Shown piece by piece: positions 18,396-26,963 of a DNA stretch of 64,000 nt. The first letter of the stretch is position 1; every line of letters starts with the position of its first letter. The DNA lies in the sequence record MW735835.1. One strand, given 5' to 3'. The notes below the pieces were generated by a model. That model did no database searches and was not told the origin of the DNA. It was given only the letters and a program-made list of their open reading frames with translations. The position numbers were made by a program, and so were the translations under genes.

Positions 18396-18428
18396 GCATA
18401 GAGGGAGGCTTCGGCCTCCCTCTTTTAT
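18396..18428 (+). terminator. Intrinsic terminator
   Basis: AGAGGGAGGC-TTCG-GCCTCCCTCT then TTTATG. Confidence 0.85.
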
Positions 18429-18440
18429 GGAGATAAGGTC

Positions 18441-19040
18441 ATGCAACTGACTCCCGATGATTTTGCCCGTCTGGAAGAGATGGATCGTGAAGCCAATGCC
18501 CGCCTGAGCGAGCGTGACTTTGTCGGTCGTCTGCTTCCGCACCTGATCCCGAACGAAGATGGCTCGGTGAGCAATCGCCGTGTAGACATCTATGTGGAAG
18601 CCGCTGGCCACGCTCAGCGCATGATCGACGTCTACGCTGACAACGATCCCACCAAGATCCTCTACACCGTTCCGCCGCTGATCAGCCCGACCCCGATGGT
18701 CATCCGTTCGGTCCAGGCCAACCCGGAAACCGACATCGGCGAACTGTCCGCCACGTTCGAGGCCCAGATCACCACCGCTCACCCGGGTGCTGTGATCGAA
18801 GCGTTCGTTCACCGCCTGATGGCGCTCAACTACAGCCCGGCTGACGCGATCTCCACCGTCTACAGCATGATGTGGGCGAAGATCTACCGTCGCTACAACA
18901 TCCCGCTGGAACGCCTGTTCGGCGAGAACGCCGCTGCCGTCGAGAAGCAGCTCGGCCTGGCTCCACAGGAAGAAGACGCCCAAGCGTCGAAAAGGACCGT
19001 ACTCAATGAGATTGCAGACGACGACATCGAACCGCTCTGA
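18441..19040 (+). CDS. Conserved hypothetical phage protein
   Basis: TAAGG RBS; 199 aa. Confidence 0.8.
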   Translation: MQLTPDDFARLEEMDREANARLSERDFVGRLLPHLIPNEDGSVSNRRVDIYVEAAGHAQRMIDVYADNDPTKILYTVPPLISPTPMVIRSVQANPETDIGELSATFEAQITTAHPGAVIEAFVHRLMALNYSPADAISTVYSMMWAKIYRRYNIPLERLFGENAAAVEKQLGLAPQEEDAQASKRTVLNEIADDDIEPL

Positions 19041-20172
19041 TTTGGTCATGGCGTTCATCTCGGATATCCACCTGGCCCATCCGCGTACTTCCACGTACCA
19101 CATCATCCAGAACCTCCGCAAGGCGTTCCCGGACGATGAAGCCACGGGTAAGCTGGACATCCTGTTCTTCGCAGGCGACGTCTTTGACCGCCTAATGAAC
19201 CTGCCTCAGGATGAGGTGGACGCCATCCAAGAGTGGATTGGTGACGTTCTTCGCATCTGCGCCAAGCGTAACATCTTGGTGCGTGTTCTCGAAGGTACGC
19301 CCAGTCACGACTGGCGTCAGTCCAAACAGTTCGTCAACGTCAACAACACCCTGGATAAGCCAGCCAACCTGAAGTACGTCGATACCTTGAGTGTCGAAGT
19401 CATCAGTGAGCTGAACAACCTGAGTGTGTTGTACGTGCCGGACGAATGGAACGCTGACGCCAGCGTGACGCTCCAGCAAGCCAAGGAACTCCTGTCTATC
19501 CACGGGATGGAACAGGTGGACGTCGCTTGCATGCATGGCTCGTTCGATTACCAGCTTCCGATCGAATCGGTCAAGAACCACAACAGCGAAGCTTACTTGG
19601 CCATGGTGCGCCACTTCATCGGTATCGGTCACGTGCACATTCGCTCGGATCGGTCCATGCCAGCGTACAAGTCCATCATCCTGGCTCAGGGGTCGTTCGA
19701 TCGCCTGTCCCACGGTGAGGAAGCCGCCAAAGGACACTACAGGGCTTGCATCTCGTCTGTCGGTAACTACCACTGGTTTGTGGAGAACACCGGCGCACGG
19801 ATCTACAAGACCCTGGACTGCCGCGAGATGTCGGTGGATGAAACCATCGAGATGCTCGAGCATTACGAAGAGTACCCGGACGAGTCTTGCTTCCGTCTGG
19901 TGATCAAGCGCAACAGCACGGTGCAGCACGGCATGCGTGACTTGCGCAAGCGGTTCCCGCAGTTCAAGTTGACCACCCAGATGGATGACCTGAAAGCCCA
20001 GGAAGAAGTCAACCTGGTGCAGCCGCAGGTCAAGGCCGTCAAACCCATCAGCATCACGCCCACCAACATCGTGCATTTGGTCAGTGAGCGTTTGAAGCGG
20101 CGTTACGCCGAAGACGACCCTCGTGCCCAGAAGGTACTCAAGGTGTTGGTCAAGCATAAGGAGGCGTTATGA
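19006..20172 (+). CDS. SbcD/Mre11-like metallophosphoesterase nuclease (phiKZ gp65-like)
   Basis: FISDIHL, AGDVFDR, EGTPSHD, MHG, IGHVH calcineurin-like motifs. Confidence 0.85.
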   Translation: MRLQTTTSNRSDLVMAFISDIHLAHPRTSTYHIIQNLRKAFPDDEATGKLDILFFAGDVFDRLMNLPQDEVDAIQEWIGDVLRICAKRNILVRVLEGTPSHDWRQSKQFVNVNNTLDKPANLKYVDTLSVEVISELNNLSVLYVPDEWNADASVTLQQAKELLSIHGMEQVDVACMHGSFDYQLPIESVKNHNSEAYLAMVRHFIGIGHVHIRSDRSMPAYKSIILAQGSFDRLSHGEEAAKGHYRACISSVGNYHWFVENTGARIYKTLDCREMSVDETIEMLEHYEEYPDESCFRLVIKRNSTVQHGMRDLRKRFPQFKLTTQMDDLKAQEEVNLVQPQVKAVKPISITPTNIVHLVSERLKRRYAEDDPRAQKVLKVLVKHKEAL

Positions 20173-21035
20173 GTGATCCACGGGCCATTGAGGCCGTCTC
20201 CAGCCGTGAGGTGGGGCAAATCCCCATCTCCATCGGTAGTAGTCTGGCCCTTGAGGGTGCGTTTGGCATCCTTGAGGATCACCCCAACCCGAACCCCATC
20301 ATCAACAATGTGGACGTCCTGTACGTCAACATCCGGACCCTGATCCGGAACATGGTGGGGGCCATCAACAGTGAGCAATTGACCTACGTCTTCCCCGAGG
20401 ACTTGGCCAATGCTTTGCTGAATGAGATCACGGTCCTGGAAGGGGCAGTGACTCGGGTGAGCAACGGCCGCGTCAAGGTCGTTCCTTATCTGTGCAACTA
20501 TCGGGGAATTCCCAAGAAGTTCCCGTACGCCATCCTGAAGAACGCTAACACCGAACGACAGAAAATGGCAGCGTTGAGGGAAGAGAACACGGTCATCGAG
20601 TTCCTCCACCTCTTGCAGCACCGTCCGGACATCCGGATCATCGAGACGGACATTGATCTTCAGCAGGATAACCGCAAGGTCCTGATGATGACCAGTTACG
20701 CCGTTGACTTGCTGCAACGCTACAAGTTCTCGTCCCTCACCCTGCTGGAGTCTCACACTGGCGCGGCGAAGCCGCCCGCTTTGTGGTACACCAAACTCAC
20801 CAATGGTAAGGAGTTGGAGCACATTCCGTTCGATCGGATGACGCTTCAGTTCTTTGGCGACAACGGCAACCTCTTTACCGGTTTTCCGATAAAGTTCCGC
20901 CGGGTGATGCTTGACATCGCCAAGAAAAACCGCTGGACAGCGCTGACGACCAAGGACTACATCATCCAATCCGTGAAGAAGGCTTACGAGCCGGAACTGG
21001 AGAAATTGGTGATGAATCTGTACGCGAAAGCCTGA
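20169..21035 (+). CDS. Conserved phage protein (gp66-like; possible PIN/5-prime nuclease-like fold)
   Basis: GGAGG RBS, ATGA overlap; LYVNIRTLIRN strand-helix start; fold call is tentative. Confidence 0.7.
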   Translation: MSDPRAIEAVSSREVGQIPISIGSSLALEGAFGILEDHPNPNPIINNVDVLYVNIRTLIRNMVGAINSEQLTYVFPEDLANALLNEITVLEGAVTRVSNGRVKVVPYLCNYRGIPKKFPYAILKNANTERQKMAALREENTVIEFLHLLQHRPDIRIIETDIDLQQDNRKVLMMTSYAVDLLQRYKFSSLTLLESHTGAAKPPALWYTKLTNGKELEHIPFDRMTLQFFGDNGNLFTGFPIKFRRVMLDIAKKNRWTALTTKDYIIQSVKKAYEPELEKLVMNLYAKA

Positions 21036-21116
21036 GGGGAATCCCGCGGGTAAAAAAGAAACTCTAGGTCCTATTGTTTGGACAAAAGCGATCACATCTG
21101 TTTCGGAGATCAGTAA

Positions 21117-21890
21117 ATGAGTGAACAGAACCAGCGTCCGGAAACCATTCTGGACGATCCCAGTCTGGCCCTCAAAGCAAAGCGCCAGGACGGCATGGAG
21201 GGTGATCCCACTCTGCGCCCGGCCTATTACGAGAACAACCCGCGTCTGGTCGTGAAGACCAAGGTGCCCAACGACAAGAACAACGGCAAGATCGAGGCAG
21301 CGCTGTCCAACCGCGCTTTCTACTCCGTGCTGCGTGCTCTGGAAATGGTCGCCGAGTCCTCCAGTCCGATCGTGGTCTTCCTGGACAACAAAGGTCACCG
21401 CTTCGTCGACAAGAAGCGCGACCCGAACCCGTCCATCATGAGCTGCATCAAGCTCGAGAAGAACAACGAAGGCGTGATTTCGATCTGTATCAGTGCCGGT
21501 AAGAACCGTCCGCTGATCGAGTTCCCGTTCCTCGACTGCACCTATCACCAGTTCCGCGATGGCAACGGCAGCATGCCGGTGAGCACCGCGTCCAAGCTGT
21601 ACTGCCTGGGCTGGATCGACGTGATGCGCGAATACCTGCCTGCGGTCATCGAGAAGCACTACGCCAAGCCGGCGTGGATGGCTCGTCGTGAACAAGGCGG
21701 TGGCGGTAACAACAACTGGGGCAACCGCGGTGGTAACAGCGGTGGCGGCGGCAACTGGAACAACGGCGGCAATCGTGGCGGACAGCAGTCCGGCGGTGGC
21801 GGTGGTTGGGGCGGTGGTGGCGGTCAGCAACAGTCTGCAAGTGTGTCCGGCGGAAGTGATTTCAACTTCGACGACGACGTGCCTCTCTAA
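21117..21890 (+). CDS. Conserved protein with SSB-like Gly/Asn/Gln linker and acidic tail (gp67-like position)
   Basis: C-terminus ...GGWGGGGGQQQ...DFNFDDDVPL. Confidence 0.85.
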   Translation: MSEQNQRPETILDDPSLALKAKRQDGMEGDPTLRPAYYENNPRLVVKTKVPNDKNNGKIEAALSNRAFYSVLRALEMVAESSSPIVVFLDNKGHRFVDKKRDPNPSIMSCIKLEKNNEGVISICISAGKNRPLIEFPFLDCTYHQFRDGNGSMPVSTASKLYCLGWIDVMREYLPAVIEKHYAKPAWMARREQGGGGNNNWGNRGGNSGGGGNWNNGGNRGGQQSGGGGGWGGGGGQQQSASVSGGSDFNFDDDVPL

Positions 21891-21918
21891 GGACTAATCC
21901 CATCATCGAGTAGATGAA

Positions 21919-21950
21919 TCGTCACAGGGTCGGACTCGACCCTGTGACGA
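21919..21950 (+). terminator. Stem-loop terminator
   Basis: TCGTCACAGGGTCG/CGACCCTGTGACGA 14-bp stem. Confidence 0.8.
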
Positions 21951-21999
21951 CCTTATACCCTGTTGACGGGAGGATTTCTGCTGAAGCGTTTTATAGCGA

Positions 22000-22014
22000 T
22001 ACATTATATCCTTG
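22000..22014 (+). promoter_or_regulatory. Phage promoter motif upstream of sigma-like subunit
   Basis: GTTTTATAGCGA TACATTAT atcct TG. Confidence 0.75.
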
Positions 22015-22044
22015 AATACCAGTAACCATTGAGGTTGTTAGACG

Positions 22045-23607
22045 ATGCAGATTCATATCCATGAACTGTCGGGCAAGGGCATCACGATGCTCCGACTCGA
22101 GCACAAGGGTGAGCAGTTGCTGCTATCTGCGGGCAGCTATCACTCGGCGGCTATCATCAATCGCGAAGTGCTGTTCAAGGAGACCAACGAATTTCTGAAG
22201 TCCCTTCCGGACGAAGACCAGGATCGACTGTGGAGCATCTACCAGCGTGTGGATGACTACCTGTCGTCTGAAGAGATTCGTTCGTCCTTCTTTATCCGCG
22301 CCGAAGTGGAGCGGGTGGTCAAGGAGCTGTACCAGATCATCGGGTACCCGCAGCTTCGTGCGTTCATCGACAAGATTCGTCCGGACATCCCGGGCGACGT
22401 GAGTGAGAAGTTCGAGGAATTCAACGAACGTGGCCGGAACTACCGGAGCCGTACCTACATCAAGCCGGATTACCTGGACTTGGTGGCAATGGCCTTGGGC
22501 CTGCGTTTCATGGTGCCGGTCTGGGGCATGTACATCCAGAACGTCTCGTCCATCAACGGCAACGGCTACAAGGAATCCGAAGCGGTCAAGCTCATCGAGC
22601 TGGCTGGCGTGGATAAATGGCCGCCGTACATCCGGATGAACGAGTACATCGAAGCGAGCGTGGAGAAAGAAGTCAGCATGACCATGGTCATGGCCGGCCT
22701 CTCCTCCGAGGAAGTCCCGCGGCACCTGATGGCGATGGCCTTGGTCCGCAAGATTTCCATCGGCCCGCTGAGCACCACTCAGGAACGCGACAGCTTGGCG
22801 CGCATCCTGTTCAACTACGTTACGGGCACCCACCTGCGTATGGATGGGCGGTTTGCGAGTGTGACTGGCATCGTCCAGGCCAAACGCCACCGCAATCTGG
22901 ACAAAGGTGACGAGGACAACTCCTCGGTGCTGGACGACTACAACCAGACGACTGAGATCACCGAGGGTGATCGTCAGATGATCGAGGTCTTCAGTGAGAA
23001 TGTCGCGGTGATTGTGAACCGTGCAGCTCCTGACTTGGACCTGGCCCGGGTGCAGCAGTGCATCTCGGTCTGCTCACGGCACGAGGCCCGTCCGGTCGAA
23101 GCGTTCCAGAAAGCCATCGTGTTCTGGGTTCTGCGTTCCATCTCGCCGGAAGCGCGTGAGCTGCTGCTCAAGCGTACCCATTTCCGCCTGATGGGCATTG
23201 CGCAAGCAATCCTGGATCACTGGGGTTTCCACGAACTGGCCATCCTGGTCTCGGCGGAGGAGTACATCCACGAGGACGGTGAAGCTTTCATTCCGATGGA
23301 GACCCGTAACAAAATCACCCGTCAGCAAGCCGAGATTCTCGACAAGCAGTATCCGTACTACCGTCAGGAATCGAAGCGTCAAGACCCCGGCAAACGCGGC
23401 AACGTCGCGGTAATCGCCATCGACCAAGTCGTCGATTGGATGAGCGGCCGGGCTTGGAAGCCACATGCACCGCGCGACATCATCGAGAAGATCCCGTTGC
23501 TTTCTCAGACCGGGTACCTGTACATCTCTGGTGATATTCGCCGTCAACTAGCCGACATGATCATTCGTGTCAACAACAACCTGGGGAGCCAACATGCAAC
23601 TGCTTGA
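22045..23607 (+). CDS. Non-virion RNAP promoter-specificity (sigma-like) subunit (phiKZ gp68-like)
   Basis: 520 aa, GAGG RBS; size and position before picA and the RNAP beta gene match recalled synteny; LALRFMVPVWG-type segment. Confidence 0.75.
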   Translation: MQIHIHELSGKGITMLRLEHKGEQLLLSAGSYHSAAIINREVLFKETNEFLKSLPDEDQDRLWSIYQRVDDYLSSEEIRSSFFIRAEVERVVKELYQIIGYPQLRAFIDKIRPDIPGDVSEKFEEFNERGRNYRSRTYIKPDYLDLVAMALGLRFMVPVWGMYIQNVSSINGNGYKESEAVKLIELAGVDKWPPYIRMNEYIEASVEKEVSMTMVMAGLSSEEVPRHLMAMALVRKISIGPLSTTQERDSLARILFNYVTGTHLRMDGRFASVTGIVQAKRHRNLDKGDEDNSSVLDDYNQTTEITEGDRQMIEVFSENVAVIVNRAAPDLDLARVQQCISVCSRHEARPVEAFQKAIVFWVLRSISPEARELLLKRTHFRLMGIAQAILDHWGFHELAILVSAEEYIHEDGEAFIPMETRNKITRQQAEILDKQYPYYRQESKRQDPGKRGNVAVIAIDQVVDWMSGRAWKPHAPRDIIEKIPLLSQTGYLYISGDIRRQLADMIIRVNNNLGSQHATA

Positions 23608-25096
23608 GATCGTATTCCGTGAGCGTCAGGGATACCGCGACATGCCGATTCGTCCGTTTGGTAGCGATGCTACTCCGGACTTGATCCGTATGCTCGACCA
23701 TGACACTCGTGGTGGCTCTGACATCGCGCCTGCTGCCCTTAGCCGCGTAGCTGGCCGTATCATCCGTCCATTGGCCAACACCCAAGGCCAGGCAATCATT
23801 GCCAACGGCTGGGGTGAGAAGCGCTTCATGTTCATCATGACCGTCCTGGTTCGTAAGACCACGACCGCGGTGTCGACGCTGGAAATCTCCGGCTACACCG
23901 ACCACGTAGGTGCTCACCAAGGCCTGCGTGGCATCTCGCTGGACGAAGACATGGCGATGTACTTCAACTCGATCACCGAGCTGAACCAGAGCTACATGGA
24001 CACCCCCACCGGTGGCGGCTGGCGCACCCAGATCGCTTCCTCCAACCACCTCATCACCCCGCAGACTCTGCCGGACTTCAGTCGTGACCGCCTCTCCCCG
24101 GGCACCATGACCATGCGCCCCGAGGACGTGTTCCACAACAACCCGAAGAACGTGGTGCAGAATGCGTTCCAGCGCCGTGCCTCGCAAGAGAACTGGCTGG
24201 ACATGCGCCATGGCTTCACGGGCAATGCCCTGCGGATGTCGAACCGCCTGAACGACAGCTCGACTCGCTTCCTGCACCGCTCCCTGCGAGCGCTGGCAAC
24301 GGCGAACGAAGGCGAAGTGTTCGGCCAAGATGGTCAATTCGACCGCGACACCAGCAAGATCCTCAAGGATGCCCGCAGTCAGGTCCGTGAAAAGACCCTC
24401 AGCGGTATTCCGGCTCTGGCCGAATTGGCCCGCGACACCAACATCCTCGACCAAGGTTTCATCACCTATGGCGAGCTGGTCGCAATGAACCCGGACTACC
24501 AGTGGAACGACGTCAAGATCTACTTCGCTACGCCGGAGATGACTCGTGACCACCGTAACCTGACCGGCTGGGGCGGCAAGGATAACACCACCATCGCCGC
24601 CAACCAGATCGCCCGGGCCCTGCCGACCTTCATGGCGTTCCACCACATCGGCTACGTCGAGTTCCATGCTGACAACATGTCGGCAATGGGTGAGCCGGTC
24701 GTGGTCATGCCGCAAGTCCTGCCGATGCTGGGCAAGCGTGTGACCGAACGGTCGCTGATGGCGTTCGAAGAGCGCCTGATCACCGAGATGTTCGTGGACA
24801 TGCTGCCGTGGGAGAACTGCATGTTCGACCTGGAGGTGAAGGCTGGCCTGAACAACGACATCGACATCTGGATTCAGCTCGAAGGCGAAGACCCGGGCGA
24901 GTTCAAGTTCCCGGTGTTCTGTGACTCCCTGGTAGCCCCGATCATCGTGGACGACCAGCGCACCATCGAAAGCATGAGCGAAACCATCAGCGGCATCGTT
25001 GACAGCCTGGGTAGCACTTATCGTGGCGACGACGACACCGGCTTCGAAGAAGGTCCGAGCATTCTCGATTCCACTGGCAACAAATTCAAGTTCTAA
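23594..25096 (+). CDS. picA: PicA/Imp1-like phage-nucleus protein importer (phiKZ gp69-like)
   Basis: GGGAG RBS; ~500 aa; IANGWGEKRFMFIM, GYTDH, FNSI, FCDSLVAPI segments and position after gp68-like gene. Confidence 0.7.
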   Translation: MQLLEIVFRERQGYRDMPIRPFGSDATPDLIRMLDHDTRGGSDIAPAALSRVAGRIIRPLANTQGQAIIANGWGEKRFMFIMTVLVRKTTTAVSTLEISGYTDHVGAHQGLRGISLDEDMAMYFNSITELNQSYMDTPTGGGWRTQIASSNHLITPQTLPDFSRDRLSPGTMTMRPEDVFHNNPKNVVQNAFQRRASQENWLDMRHGFTGNALRMSNRLNDSSTRFLHRSLRALATANEGEVFGQDGQFDRDTSKILKDARSQVREKTLSGIPALAELARDTNILDQGFITYGELVAMNPDYQWNDVKIYFATPEMTRDHRNLTGWGGKDNTTIAANQIARALPTFMAFHHIGYVEFHADNMSAMGEPVVVMPQVLPMLGKRVTERSLMAFEERLITEMFVDMLPWENCMFDLEVKAGLNNDIDIWIQLEGEDPGEFKFPVFCDSLVAPIIVDDQRTIESMSETISGIVDSLGSTYRGDDDTGFEEGPSILDSTGNKFKF

Positions 25097-25105
25097 GGAG
25101 TAAGC

Positions 25106-26491
25106 ATGGATCTCCCCGAGTTCAACCAACGGGTGCTGAATAGCATCGGCATCGTCGATGAGACCGGCAAGGGTCACCTGAGCCGTGTCATCGGCCCTGG
25201 CCAGCTGAGCCCGCTCACCATCGGCGGTAAACGTGTGGTGCTGCCCACCAGCGAGCACATGCGCGAAGGTGGCGACAACATCATCATCTTCCACCCGCTG
25301 TCGGAGAACATCACCCGCAGCGAATCCGACATGATCAAGTCCATGCGTGACCAGATCATGTACCGCCTGACCCTGGTTGCCGTCGATCTGATCGACAACC
25401 TGGGCCGGGTGGCCGCCACTGACAGCCTGCACGCCAAGCTGGACAAGGAATCGCAGAAGTACCTCAAGCTGGTCTCCGGCATGGACGTACGCACCTACGA
25501 GTTCCTCAAGAAGCTGATCCTGCGTATCGGCCCGCAGCCCGAGAAGCGTCTGATCTCCATCAGCCTGCGTAAGGGCAAGAACGCCGACGGCGTGCTGCGC
25601 TCTGCCCAGTTCAAGTTCCCGGTCCTCCAGGAAATGCTGGCGAACGAGCAGGAAGTCCTGGGCCTGAAATACCCGTCGAAGAAAGCCCGCAACACCCTCA
25701 TCGCCCTGTTCGAGATCGTGTTGGGCAACGAGGAGCAGCGCGCTCAGTACGACTACGGCAGCAAGAACATGACGGCACCGTACTTCGATGCGCTGATGAT
25801 GGGCTTCCACCGCATCGCCACGCACCTGAACGACGTGACCCGACGCCACCGGAAGTTGCTGGGCAAAGCCGTCAATGCCGAAGGTGAAACCCAATCGCAC
25901 GATCTGGCTGACGACCTGCTGTTCGACCTGACCTGGGAAGAAGGTATGGACCAGCTCGCTGAGCTGCGCCGTATCGTTCCGCCGCAGGAAGGTAACGAAG
26001 GTGCCATCATCGTTGCTGAACCCGGTCAGCTGGACAAGGAGAAGGTGACCCAGCGTGCCGCTGCTCGCCTGGCTCCTGCTGCACGTGCATCCAGTGAAAC
26101 GAAGAAGGAAGAAGTGGTCGACGTACCGTGGGACACCGACGACAACCAGGGTGCCCGTAGCCCGCGCCGCGAGGAAACTCGCCGTGATGCTCCGGCCCCG
26201 GCCCGTAGCGGTAAGTCGCTCGATGACTTCCTGTATGGCGACCAGCGTCGTGATGACCGCCGTGACAGCCGTGACGATCGTCGCTGGGGTCGTGATGACC
26301 GCAGTCAGGCACGTTGGGGCCGTGACAGCCGCGATGACCGCGGTGGTCGTCGTTTCGACCTGGGTCTGAGCGATGACCGCGGTGGCGATAGCCGTTGGTC
26401 CAGCATGGACTTCCGCCGTGAAGAGCGTGGCAGTGGTTCGGGTCGCCGTCCCTTCGGGTCTGGTAACCAGGACAACCGCCGTCGCTACTAA
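25106..26491 (+). CDS. Conserved protein (gp70-like) with Arg/Asp/Gly low-complexity tail
   Basis: AAGGAG RBS; FHPLSENI motif; RDDRR-type repeats at C-terminus. Confidence 0.85.
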   Translation: MDLPEFNQRVLNSIGIVDETGKGHLSRVIGPGQLSPLTIGGKRVVLPTSEHMREGGDNIIIFHPLSENITRSESDMIKSMRDQIMYRLTLVAVDLIDNLGRVAATDSLHAKLDKESQKYLKLVSGMDVRTYEFLKKLILRIGPQPEKRLISISLRKGKNADGVLRSAQFKFPVLQEMLANEQEVLGLKYPSKKARNTLIALFEIVLGNEEQRAQYDYGSKNMTAPYFDALMMGFHRIATHLNDVTRRHRKLLGKAVNAEGETQSHDLADDLLFDLTWEEGMDQLAELRRIVPPQEGNEGAIIVAEPGQLDKEKVTQRAAARLAPAARASSETKKEEVVDVPWDTDDNQGARSPRREETRRDAPAPARSGKSLDDFLYGDQRRDDRRDSRDDRRWGRDDRSQARWGRDSRDDRGGRRFDLGLSDDRGGDSRWSSMDFRREERGSGSGRRPFGSGNQDNRRRY

Positions 26492-26500
26492 CGGTCGGAC

Positions 26501-26540
26501 GGCATAGAGGAGAGGGGCGACCCCTCTCCTCTTTCTTTGC
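26501..26540. terminator. Terminator hairpin between convergent genes
   Basis: AGAGGAGAGGG/CCCTCTCCTCT stem with TTTCTTT tail. Confidence 0.8.
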
Positions 26541-26879
26541 CTAGATTCGCCCCGGCGTAAGACGGTACAGGTTCTTCAGGTTATCGACCACTCCTGGGTC
26601 GGGAACCATGATCTGTTTGAAATCCATTGTCATCTGGGTAGGACAATCGAAATTGTTGACGACCATGAAGATCAGCAAGTTTTCTATCGGGTACCCCAAT
26701 TCGATCATCAAGGAAGCGAAGTTGTACTCGAACTTGTGAACCACGCCCGGATCAAGGGCTGCCGGTACGCAGTTCGCTTTTAAGTAGGCTTCGTGAGCAT
26801 GCACAAAGCTAAGGAAGTCCGGCGAATGAAACATCGTATCGCCGCTGGCTACCATGAGTGAGTTCAATGCAGCAGTCAT
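26541..26879 (-). CDS. Small protein, possibly T4 gp53/LysM-like baseplate wedge component
   Basis: 112 aa with GAGGA RBS on minus strand; FEYNFASLMIELGYPIENLLIFMVVNN resembles gp53-type pattern (recalled, unsearched). Confidence 0.55.
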   Translation of the reverse strand: MTAALNSLMVASGDTMFHSPDFLSFVHAHEAYLKANCVPAALDPGVVHKFEYNFASLMIELGYPIENLLIFMVVNNFDCPTQMTMDFKQIMVPDPGVVDNLKNLYRLTPGRI

Positions 26880-26910
26880 GCTCAGTCCTCGTTTGAATTT
26901 TCTTCAGAAA

Positions 26911-26925
26911 TACATTATCTAGTTG
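26911..26925 (+). promoter_or_regulatory. Phage promoter motif upstream of nvRNAP beta
   Basis: TACATTAT ctagt TG. Confidence 0.75.
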
Positions 26926-26963
26926 GCAAGCCAATGCTCACCTGTAGTGTAAGGGAGTCACCG

